A stretch of 64,000 nucleotides of DNA from Tricharina praecox (lineage: Eukaryota), in assembly GCF_024521635.1 (NCBI RefSeq), contig NW_026250404.1, positions 930,001 to 994,000 of the forward strand, in the 5' to 3' direction. Below are positions 12,570 to 24,041 of the stretch, one piece after another. The translations under genes and the position numbers were made by a program. The stretch's first letter is position 1. Each line of letters begins with the position of its first letter. The notes under the pieces are model-generated. The model was not told the DNA's origin. It ran no database searches and saw only the letters and a list, made by a program, of their open reading frames with translations.

Positions 12570-14025
12570 TGTACCAGCCGTTGGAGACTTCAAGATAAAC
12601 ACGGAAATACTGATGCCCAAAGGTTGAAAGGGTGTTGAAACCCCTTTATTCGTAAAAACGATGCTGGCCCTGCTCTCTGCGCGGCTCACTGAATCCTCGG
12701 CAGTCTCGGTGTTTTCGAGAAACTCGTTGATGGTGAATTGGCTCTCATCCTCTATTTCACTCTCGTCTTTTGCAGCCACAGAGAAGTCAGCATGAGCTGT
12801 AATATCAGCGACGAAAGAGAAGAAAGGCAGCTTACAGGTGGCACCGTCAGCAAAACCGGAGTCTTCGGCCCCAGCCAATAGCTCGGCAACTGCAAAGGAT
12901 GTAGGTCAGCACAGATTCATAGCGCATCACTCGGTTAATGCTTCCCGGAAAAGTAGTCGTTCTCGTGCCCGAAGCCGTCGGGGAATGGCGCCAGGACTGA
13001 ATCTACAAGACTCACCAGCAACTATGGTGGGGCATCTGAAGAGATTAAACGAATACTTACATCCTCCGTCGAGGGGCCTGGAACAACCATGGTGCCGCCA
13101 CGGTTCCTCTTTATGGACTTGGACTTACGATCAGCGCCGCAGAGTTCTTTGATGAACGTGAAGAAACAAAAACAAAAACATAGGCAAAGGGGAGAAATCT
13201 CCCCAGCCTTGCCAGCCTCCTCTTTGCCGGCCTCCTCTTTGCCGGCCTCATCTCCTTCGTTCTCCTCCTCGACAACGTCGAGAAGAAAGTTGTAGTGACA
13301 ACGCCAGCGTTGTGATGTTAGTGTCGTTCGCACTCTCAATATCGTCGGCGATGTTATCGCTAGCGTCGACCTCGAGTTCGGCCAGGAACCCGGCCAGGAA
13401 CCCGGCCAGGAACTCGAGGATATCGAACAAAGTCGCTGACGGCTTTGATGGTGGGGGCGGTGTAGTGGCCCCGCCCTTGTCGGCGGTCTGGACGTTGTTC
13501 GTGGTAATGGTAGTCATGGTTTTTTGATCGAGCGGTTGTGGTTGGTTGGTTCGTTGTTTGCTTGTTGGTTTGTTGGTGCTCGGTGATGGACCGATGGCGC
13601 GAGATGAGGGTTTTGGTCGGTGGTTTTTATTGTTGATGTTGATGATGTTGGTCATGTTGTTGTTGGTGAAGAAGAGAAAGATGGGGGAGAAGGAGGGGAA
13701 GAAGGGAAGAAAGGTGGGGGATAAAAGGAGGGAGCCGGTTCTTAGACTTACGCGTCGTCATTGAAGTGTGCAAGTGTCGAGGGACGATTTGGTCTCGACA
13801 CGATCACTCGGCGCGAAATGACGCCAGCGCTGACGCAAATCGCTCCCCATAACCAAGCGCCGGGGATCGATGTGTTTCTCGCTTCGGTAAGCTGGAGTAC
13901 CGCATACTCTTGAAATCATACGCCCGATCCAGGGACGTTTTGACGTCCATGTCGCCGTCCGAAGGCTGCGTTCCTCGGCCTCCCTCCGACACTGCGGTGC
14001 TGAGCTCGTTCCCCTCCGACCCGAC
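12570..14025 (-). repeat. Dispersed repeat copy A; carries a frameshifted ORF from ATG 13517
   Basis: The reverse complement aligns by eye to 26571-27430 and 27870-28600. It encodes MTTIT...DILEFLAGFLAGFLAELEVDA. Confidence 0.85.
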
Positions 14026-14456
14026 CAACAATGGGTCCCTCAAGAAGGCACAGCACGTTCCGGACGACCCGGTTGCGGAAGTGGGGTACCCTATCCAGCA
14101 TCCTCGGTGCGAACCAGCTTCTGCGACGGGCTAGCTTCGGAACATCACGTCCTCGGATCCACCATGACAGCTCATGGCTGCACATATCAACACTCGCAAC
14201 TGTCGGGCTCCGCACTTAAACCCACTGATCCCCATCTAGACCCTACTTCCCTCGCGGTCCGGTCTGGCCGATTCGCAGCTCACTGCCCAGGAGATGGCAG
14301 GAGTCCTGCACGCGTCCCACGAAACAAAACGAAAACGCAGATCTGCCGCGGAGAAATACCTACTTTCCAAGCAGCATGCCTATGGGATCCATCTGTCGGT
14401 CTCCCCGGCTTGGTACACGTACGCTGTTGATTGAGGGAAGCGGGAGAGGCAGACTC

Positions 14457-15136
14457 CAGGGCCTCCGATAGTTCAGTGCAGTGCAATTCAGCAGTCCATT
14501 TTTCGGCATTAGTCGGACCGGATGGACTGGGTGCACTGGACTGAGGACTGAGAGGTGTATTCTGTCCCGTCCGTCCGTCCGTCTTGAGGCCGGGCTTGGA
14601 CTGGACTGGATGGACTGGATGGACAGGTTGCACTGAGAGGTGTATTCCGTCCTGTCCGTCCGTCTTGATGCCGAGCTTGGATTGGACTGGACTGGATTGG
14701 GTAGAAGCCTGCGCCGCTGGCTGGTAGGACTGGACAGGACGTACGGACGGACGCGCCCAGCCACAGCGTTTTTGCAGTACCTACCCTGGGTAAAACATAA
14801 CAGTGAACAGTGAAACAGGCGAGTGACATACGGTGAAGAAAACACGTGATAGGTACCTCCATAATCAACAGGATGGAATCATGGATTGTGAAGGGGCTGA
14901 AAGAGTTGCGGCGATGTTGCTTCTCATATGTAAAGGATTCGATGCTAGGTGGGGTTCTATGTAAGCGGTCAGCCACATGCCAAAAAAATCAGAATGTGGC
15001 AGCAGTCAACCGCAGTCCGTACCGGCAAAATCACAGACGGACTGACTAGGTATCTACATCTTATCTACAGCAGCCTCAAATTTTATGGACTGGACTGGCC
15101 ACTGATGTAGTCCGGACTGGACCATCAGGAGCACTG
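14457..15136. mobile_element. Degenerate non-autonomous element or minisatellite rich in GGACT/AGTCC and GTCC motifs
   Basis: Internal ~88-bp tandem duplication (ACTGAGAGGTGTATTC...GTCCGTCCGTCTTGA) at ~14548 and ~14633. Imperfect CAG...CTG terminal inverted repeat (17/25 identity). No target-site duplication found. Confidence 0.4.
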
Positions 15137-16295
15137 CCCGGGGAGAGCACTTGAATCACGGCCAACCTCAACAAAGTCTCCGAGCAGAAAGTCAACTCGA
15201 CATTAAACTGGTCACACTGGTTACACTGGTAACATCCGATGCCCATCTCCTTGCATCCAGATTCCCACCTCAACGCCCCTCCAGACTCCAGAGTGCACCC
15301 TCCACCGCATGCAGGCAGCAGCGCCCACTGTGAGGGGAGGGGGAGGGGGTAATTATGACTCAGCGGAGGGCTGGCTTGGCGACGGATGGGACAGTGTCGA
15401 GAGATGTGGACCATACTTTACCTATCCGGCCGTCAGCGCCCACCAACCCACTCCCCATCTAGCATCCACCCCGCAAAATCTCCCCAATATCTACTACATA
15501 TGCCGCCCATACCGCCAGAAACGTCGTTTACCCCACACTTCGCAATTGTTTCCTGTATCGTTTCGCACACAGTGGCCATCTCACGCACTCGCACTCACAC
15601 AGCATGAAATGCAAACGGAAACAGAAGCGGTGTGACAGTGTGACAGTGACTGTAGATAGATTGAAATAGAAAATGTCATTATCATTCATGATCATGCACA
15701 ACATACAGACAGCTCCGAGCTCAATATTCTCTAAAAACAAAAACCGGGAGAAAAACACCCCATAAAAAAAAAGACACAAAAGAAAAGAAAGAAAAGGTTG
15801 CATTTGTCATCGCTGTGTTCCCCCGGTTTTTTTTCCCACCCCGAGCACCTGCCCCCGCCGAATCTCTCGCACACCCGCACACAATACGCAAGAAGCAAAA
15901 AGTAAAACACCCCATTTTGTAGAATTAGAAAGCCCTAGAATATAAAAGCAGCAGCAGAACCAGTGCAGTACAACCAAATGACAAAGTAAGGAAATGGAAG
16001 TAAAACATCGCAGTAATGCTATTGATGTCATGGGGAAGAAGTGAGGAAGGAAACACAAAGAAAAGACAAACCAAAGCAAAAGACCGCGCTGCGCACAAAA
16101 AAACACCGGCTAGCAAACGCTCCTCCCAAGGCCAAATCTGAAGAAATCATACAACGTAAATCATCAAGGCATCAAGGAAGTGTTCACGCTGTTTTCTGGA
16201 ACTCGGCAGCGAACTTCAGTAGCAATGTAAACCCAACCCCATCCTTTGCGCGCGCCGCCAAAGACGACTCTCACCGAGGCCGGCAGCTAGCCGTC

Positions 16296-18698
16296 CTACG
16301 ATTTCCCGAAGTGTAGCTTTGACAAGATCGCCCCAAAGAAGCTTCTCCGTTTGGACTTTTTTGACGATGACGATGTGGCGGCTTCCGTGCTCTTTCTGGG
16401 AGTCTCAATGCTAGTCTTAGCCCCAGAAGCGCCGTTGGTTTGGGGGATAGGCGCGCTTGGCCTTACATTCTCCTTGAGCTGCTCCTCGACAGCCTCCTTG
16501 CGCACGATAGCCTTGGGCTCACTAGCAGCCTCCGCCGAAACACCAGCCTCCGCGACACTGTGCTTGACCGGTTCGGGAACGATATCTGCAGGCTTGTTAA
16601 GGGTAATCTCGTGGTGCATGATGGTCTTGGTGTTGATGCCGTTCGTGACGATAGGGGCCTTCTGGTCGGCAATCTTGGCGGCGTTCACTAGAGCGACGGG
16701 AGCGGGAGTGGGAGCGGGAGTGGGCTCGGCCTCCTCCTTGGGTCCCTCGGTGATTGGGAGAGCCTCAACGACTTCCTGCTTGAGCTCGGTCTCGACCTCC
16801 TTCTTGGCCTCGACGAGATCTTCGTAGGCAGCGGCCTCGGCCGGAGCACCAGCCTCGGTAATGCTCTGCTTGACGACCTCGGGAACGGGCGACGCGGGCC
16901 GCTCAATGGGAGCAGCACTCAGACCGGTGGCATTGGCGACCTTGGCGATCACTTCCGACACAACGGGAGCGGCAGTGGCGGCGGCGATCTTAGCCTGCTC
17001 CGAAACCTGTGCGGCGATGATGGTGGCTTGCTCGGTAGCCTGTCCGGCCACCTCGACAGCCTGTTCGGCGATGACCTTGCCCTGCTCGGTGGCCTGTCCG
17101 GCAACCTCGACAGCTTGCTCGGTAACGGTGTTGCCCTCGGCGATGGCGGGCGTCTCGGTGACCTCGGTCTTCAATTCGCTCTCAACCGCAGCCTTCAGCT
17201 CAACAGCGTCGGCGATCGCCGAAGCCTCAGCCGGGGCGTGGGCCTTCTCTTGGCTCTCCTTGACGATCTCGGGAACATCAGCCTCCTTCACCTCAGCAGC
17301 CTCGGCGGCCGATGTGATGGGCAGTGAGCTCTCGGGAATCAAGTTGCGGGGAAGATCCAGGACACCACGTCCCTCGGCGGCGCGCTGCTCGGCAGGGGTA
17401 ACGACATCGGGCAAGACCCAGGAACCGATGGGGAAGTTGGTGGCGCCCTTCTCGTAGGATTCCTTATCGAGCGTGACGTGCGAGTCGATCGACTCGGTGC
17501 CAATCTGGGGGACAGCCTCGCCAGGCTGCAGGGTGATGGGGTTCTCGGCCGTCTCCGAAGCAGGGAGGGGCTTGACAGAGAAAATTTGCTCGACCTCCTT
17601 GAGGGCCACGGGGGTAGGGTCGACGATCTCGGAGGCAGGAGTCTCGGGGAATCCACCGGGAACATCGCCAGCGCCGGGAGTGGGCTGCTCGAGAGGAACA
17701 CCTCCAGCGAGCGAAGCGGTGGTGGATTCGGGAGCGATGGATGTGATGACAACGGTCTCGGTTTCCTTGGGGACAACGGCAGCGAGGACGGCAGTGGTCG
17801 ACTCGGGGGCCGCGCTGTTGATGATGGCGGCTTCCATAGCTTTCTCTTCTTCGGTCTCGGCAATAACAGTCGACAAGAGGATGTTGTTCTGAACTCCGGA
17901 CTCTTCGGTCTCGAGAGGTGCGTTGGGATCGGTTACCCAGTTTCCGTCAACAACAAACTATTGGTAGGAGGAATATATCAGCTTCCGTTTCGGATCAATC
18001 TCGGCTGATGGTATTGAACGAGAATGGATGATTGAGAAATGCGACGCTCGCTCTTAAGAAGAAAAAGAAGCAATGGGTGGTAGGTAGGAGGTTGTTTTGG
18101 AGGGGGATGAGATAAGGGCAGCGATGTTGACAGACGTCATCGCTACGGTCTTAGCTCCTGGTTACGCCATGCTTTTTTTTTCTTCTTCCTCTTCCGAAGC
18201 GCAACCGAAACCAGCGAAAGGCGCTCGTTCTTTGACCCACACAACAAAGCCCGGATCAAGCGGGCATAGCGCAGGGGAAAAAATAGAATTGCTGGCACTG
18301 AAGCGTCGAAAAAATAGTGAGATAAGAGAAAAGAACGTACCTTGTAGAGGATATTCTCAACGGGCAGCTCGACTTTCTTCACGAAAACCTCGCCAGCCTT
18401 GTCGAGCTTGGTACTCCTGCTCCAGCCATCGAATGTTCCAGTGACGTAAACCTCATTGGCGGGATGGTCCCTGTTTTTCGAGAGCTGTCAGTACTCAGGT
18501 TTCTCCGAAACATGGTGGTACTCTAGACACGCCTGCTCGGCTGTTCGTCATATCGCGGATGACGACGTCGGGAGTGACGATCGCCATCCCTGCCTTGACT
18601 CGATTGCGATGCCGCAAAACAGTTTCTGCGAGGATCTGGGATGCGAGCTGAGAAACGGGATTCTAAACGAACCATTTAAATGTGTAGAAACCGGTCAT
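16296..18698 (-). CDS. MDG1/CRP1-like protein with N-terminal AMPK-beta-type glycogen-binding CBM48 domain. Exons 18698-18673, 18470-18341, 17957-16296 (~605 aa).
   Basis: The spliced N-terminus reads MTGFYTFKWDHPANEVYVTGTFDGWS...YKFVVDGNWVTDP. It is followed by an acidic A/E/P-rich body with VPExVKxS repeats and a basic C-terminus KKSKRRSFFG. Confidence 0.9.
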
Positions 18699-21600
18699 CT
18701 TGGCCTGTCCAATTGTCGGAGGTGATTCCAGATGGTATTTTTTCTTGTGCGGTAGCAGTTGGTTGTGGTGGTGGTGGTGGTGGTGGTGGTGGTGGTGGTG
18801 GTGGTGGTGATGGTAGAGCGGGATCGAGATAAGGAGATATCGACCGAGTTTGGACTGGGGGTGGTGGTTCTGCGAGAATGGAGCAGACAGATATGGCTCG
18901 CCGATAAGAGGGAGGATGTGAGGGATAGAAGTGAGGGAAGGAGGGAGGGAGGAGGGGGGAGGATGAGGAATGAAGTAGTAGATGAGGAGGTGGAGGAGGA
19001 GAGAGATGGAGGGGGGGAGGAGGAAGAAGAAGAAGAAGAGAACGAGGAGGGGGGGAGCAAGGGAGGTTAGTAAGTTTCACGGGGGGGCGGTGGTTGGAGG
19101 GGGAGGTGTGTGTGGGCGGAGGAGGGGACGTGGGGAAAGATTCGGAGGAGGGAAGTGGGTGGGTCAAGTAGGAGGAGGAGGGCGGCGGGTGTATGGAGGA
19201 GCACGACGGGGAGGAAGGGCGAGGCGAGTTGGATGGCAGCAGCTTTCTTCGGCTTTCCTTCCTTCCCTCGTCCGTTCGTTCGTTCTTTCCCAGCTGTCTC
19301 GTCCGTCACTCTGGCTAGCTGCTCTTGCGGGATTGATTGATTGATTGATTGATTGACTGCACTCGGCGTACATCTAGGTACTTCCGGCTGGCTGGCTAGC
19401 TGGCTGTCGTCGTCGTTGTCGTCGTCGCCGCCGTTGTGATCCGTCTCCAGATTTCCAATGCCGCAATACAGAGTACTCAGTAGAGTGCTCTACATACTGC
19501 CGGTATCTACCTCTGACCTCGACATCCGCCCACCGAGTCACCAACACAGCACTTGGCAGATAGAGAAAGACTTCCATCGACAATAATACTCTACCGTGTG
19601 CCGCCGCCGCCACGCCACGGCTCTAAGGCCGAAGGGGCATGGCGCCGACGCTACGATATCCATGCCGCAGCAGCAGCTCTCACTTCTCACTTCTCTTCTC
19701 GCTTCGCCTCAAACTCCCGCGAACGGCTCCATGTCACTCAATCAGCGTAAGTCAGCATGGTTCCGCGTTGTGCACAGCAGCGCAGACACGACGAGGAAGG
19801 AAAAAAAAAGCAGAAGAAAAAAAACAAGCTCCCTAATCACTCATCCTAGTTTGCAGAGGCAAAAAAAAACGTCCGGAAGAACAGCCAACAGAGCTGTTCA
19901 AGCGAACCACACAGCTTTGCAGGATGGGCACGGTACGTACAGCCTCCTGCCTGCCTGCCTGCCGGTACCGGTACTGACCTACTGGAGTTGGTAGGCAGCA
20001 CATACATCCTCTGCAGACAGCTGCATATTTACCACAAAGCCCGCCGACCTTGGCCTTGCGAGACGGACTAGAGCATGTCTCTTCTGCACACGCTTCTGCT
20101 GCGTCTGCTTGTGCTGCTGCTTATGCTGCCCGAGTTGCCTGTTGGTTGCAACTTGCTGGGCGATAGCATGTGCGAGAAGAAGACGTCGACAAAGAAGTGC
20201 GTGGTAATGAGAGCAGTGGCAGATAGGTACGGACTAGAGTGCCTACCTAGAGTACCTCTATACATACTCGACCGGCACTCTAAGAAAGAAAAAAAACCAC
20301 TCTGGCCCGCTGCACAGTGCAAGTTCGCCCGAAGGCAGACCAGCCTGGTTGTACGGAACGGCGACAAAAGCACTGTGGGCCGTCCGAGGAGCTTGCTGCC
20401 CATGGACATCGTCGTGGCATATTCGTCGTGGACGTCGTATCCGCTGTTGTGGTCGTGGCCGTGGTCTTGGTCTTGGTCTTGGTCTTGGTCTTCATAGAAT
20501 ACCTCCGCGCCGATGCGGGCAGAGTACATGCCTATGTACAAGATACACACCTACATACGATACCTATCTACAGAAACGTACCACGGCCGTGCGCCAGCTG
20601 CTTTGCTCTACCTACTAGAGCACGATGCCAACCTGGAGCACGCACTTGAAGAACCCGGCTTCCTTCCTGTGTGGAGTACGGACGGGCTCGAGCTCGAGCA
20701 GAGGTAGGTAAGTGTATATCTAGAGTACATACATAGGGCTAGGATACGGTCTACACGGGCTCGAGACGAGACGAGACGAGACGAGACGCAGCGGTTCGCA
20801 CGGCGCACACAGGAAAAAAGACACACACCTAACACCCACGCAAGCAGGCAAGAAGGTAGGACGTCTCTTTGCTTTTTCCCCAGAACTTATCTTTTGTATC
20901 TAGAGTAGGCATAGTAGGCATCGTAGAGTTGACTTAGTCCCCGCTGCAGCTCGCGGCGAAGCGGCCGGACGATCACGATATCTAGTGTCTCAACAATTCG
21001 CAATGGGAGACGAGTTCGAAACGGTTAGGATGGTTGGGTACATACCACGAGGGCCGAAAACATAACTATCGGCTTTGGGACGGGTCTCACTTTGTCTGGT
21101 CGGTGCCGCGAAAGAAAGGGGAGAATCCGAAAGGCCCGAATAATTCTAAACAGCCACTGCAGAGCTCGAGCTGCGACCACATACACACCCTCCTCGCGCA
21201 GAGCTTCACGACCATGGCTTTGCTCCGTTCTGTTCTGGCATCTCGCTCCCTTCCGAGCATATGGTCCCGAATGCCACATGGAGAATCTACATACTCTACA
21301 TAGATTCCCACATTTGATTCCCGACTGGCCAGTGGAACTGGAACTGGAATGTGACTGGCCCTCCCGGATAAGAAGAGTAAGAATAAACCACGGACTCACG
21401 GAGGATGGGATGATAAAGCAAGCAGATAGTTAGATACGACTGCTACACAGCATACATACCGGTAGGTATGGTAGCAGCATGGCATGGCAGCATGTGGCAG
21501 CAGCAAGAAGCAAGCAGCACGGCAGCCGCCGTTGACGAATCGAATCAAGCAAGGCATCCACACTTTCCCTCCCTTGATCCTGAGAGAGCGACAGAGAGAG

Positions 21601-23466
21601 CAGCAGAGAGAGAGCTCCTTCCTTCCTTCCTTCCTGCCCATCCTTTTCGTTCCTTCCTCCGTCCGAAGCGATGAGTCGAGTCGAGCTTTAGCCCTGCCCT
21701 GCCCTCCGCCCCCCTCCCCTCCTCCTCGAGCTCGCCTGTCTGCCTGCTTGCCTGCTTGCCTGCTTGCCTGCTCTGATCTGCTTCGCTCGCCAACCCCTTC
21801 TTTATGAAGAAACAACCCGAGCAAGCAAGCCAAAAAAAAGTGGGAAACCTGTCCATCCAGCCAGCCAGCCAGCCCCAACCCAACCCAAGGGAGGGAGGGA
21901 GAAAAGTCACACCAATTGCAGCATGGCGGAGGGGGAAAAATGAACGGACCGAAGAAAAGAAAAGAAAAGACAAGAAAAGACAAGAAAGAAAGAAAAAACC
22001 GGCCGAAAAGAGAGACACTCCCAGAAAGAAAGACAGACAACAGAGCTCTCGAAGGCAAGAGAAGAGAGACAAGAGAAGAATTAGTTATTCCCCGAATGGG
22101 ATATCCCGGAAGGCTAAGCACGATAGGACACGAAGAAAAAAGAAAAAAACCACACCCGATATCTCAATCTTCTAATCGTGATTGGACATTCCACCCGTGT
22201 ACGTACAAAGTATGATTCTAGGTACTCTAGGTAGTAGGCGCTCTACATGCCATACAGACAGAAGTACATGAGTATGATAGTCACCACTTCCATACTCTAC
22301 ACACCTGGCATGACACTCCACTCTATGGCCACGCATAGAGTACATACTCCCTTCCAGAGTACCTACATGCCATGCAGTCCGGCAACGTCTTCACTTACTT
22401 CTCCGTACCGTATGTACCGTACGCGTTGCACTGCACTGCGCTGCGTTCGGATCTAGCATCCCCTTGGGGAGATCCCGGGCCCGGGGGGTGGGATCGAAAG
22501 TTCAAAGTTCAAAGCGCCCTGCCAGTCGGTCGTTCGCCTTCGCCATGCCCGCCCATGCCCGCCAGTTGACTGCAATCGGACTCTATTCTATTCCAGTGAC
22601 GGGGAGCACACCATCCAGACAGTCGGCCCACCCACACAGAAAGAGAGAAGACGTTGCCAGGTGTCCCTAGACGTCCTCTCTGCTCTGACTCTGTGTGTGT
22701 GTCAATATCGCTGCCGAAATTCATACATACATAGAGTACTTGCGGAGTGCCGTACATCATCTGCGGACGTGCGTGCGAGTGGACGTGCGAGTGGATGGAT
22801 GAGTGTATGGATGGATCGATGAGGGTGGATGTATGGGGGCGGATGTATGGGGTGGATGAGTGGATGGGGTGGACGATGGACGGGTGGGATGGCGTTTCCG
22901 TTTCCGTTCTGGCAAGTCTATGCCACTGTAACACTGATGTTCAGTGTCCACATAAGCCAGATCAATTTCCCCCCTTCCCTCTTCCCCCCGTTACAAGTGG
23001 AGGACGTCGTGGCGGATCCATCACTCGGTTCGGTTGGAACGGGTGCGTACTTGGATGTTGGAACGGGTACTCTGTAACCTAATTTTCGAATCGAGTGTGG
23101 GTTGAAGGTTCCTCCCGCGTCCGGATGTACCGGGGGGCCCGCGGGGATCTACTGATGGGTACGTAGAGTACTATTCTAGTGTATCAAGCTGCGTCGTCGT
23201 CCCTTCGTGTTCTCTGCCGAAACCAGCAGGACGGCCAGCAGACGATGCAGACGATGTACTGTCCAGACGTGCTTCTGGGTTTCCTAAGCTTCTGGGTTTC
23301 CTAAGCTTCGGGCTCCATTTAGAGTATGTAGAGTACACAGGTCGGTATCTATGATAGGTTTGTAGGTATGTAGAGTAGGTATGGTAGGTATAATGGGTAT
23401 GTGGGTATGATAGGTATAATAGGTATGGTAGGTATGATAGGCATCCAGAGGCCACGGTGTACTCTA

Positions 23467-23552
23467 ACTACCACTCTACCACTCTACCACTCCACTCTAC
23501 CACTCTACCACTCCACTCTACCACCACTCCACCACCATTCCACCATTCCACC
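23467..23552. repeat. CCACTCTA/CCACT minisatellite
   Basis: Directly visible tandem units. Confidence 0.8.
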
Positions 23553-23992
23553 AACACATAGAGAAGAGCACCCCACATAGCAAGTATAGTAGATAGAGCA
23601 TCACACACATACCTATCTACAGTACATAAACGCCCAAGCACAAGCAGAACGCATGGAGAAACCCCACCCAGATCCATAGTGACCATATAGTAGTGAAACC
23701 ACTATCGAGCCCAACGTTCTCCGATAGGCACCGCACCGTAAGTACTCTACTCTATGTAGATACACAGTTGGTTGGCTGTGGCTGGCTGGCTCAGCCAGAC
23801 TGTGGCAAACAGTTAACGTCCGAGCGTTTGCGTTTGCGGCTTCTGCAAGTCCGCGAGTCTGCGACCCCGGAAATCCCATCCCATCCCTTCCCTCCCTTGC
23901 CTTCCTCTATGTATATTTTTTTCTTTCGGGGGGGACGGGGGACGGGGACGGGGGGCGAAGCGCAGACTTCACAGCGCACGCACGAATAACTC

Positions 23993-23993
<1 letters not shown>

Positions 23994-24038
<45 letters not shown>
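23994..24038. repeat. (CT)n microsatellite
   Basis: About 22 CT units. Confidence 0.95.

Positions 24039-24041
<3 letters not shown>

Noticed and set aside
18676..19344. Poly-V/P/T/E ORFs, with similar ones at 21396-22215, 40210-40875, 42704-43156 and 59042-59605
   Set aside because: Translations of microsatellites and low-complexity UTR or leader sequence.
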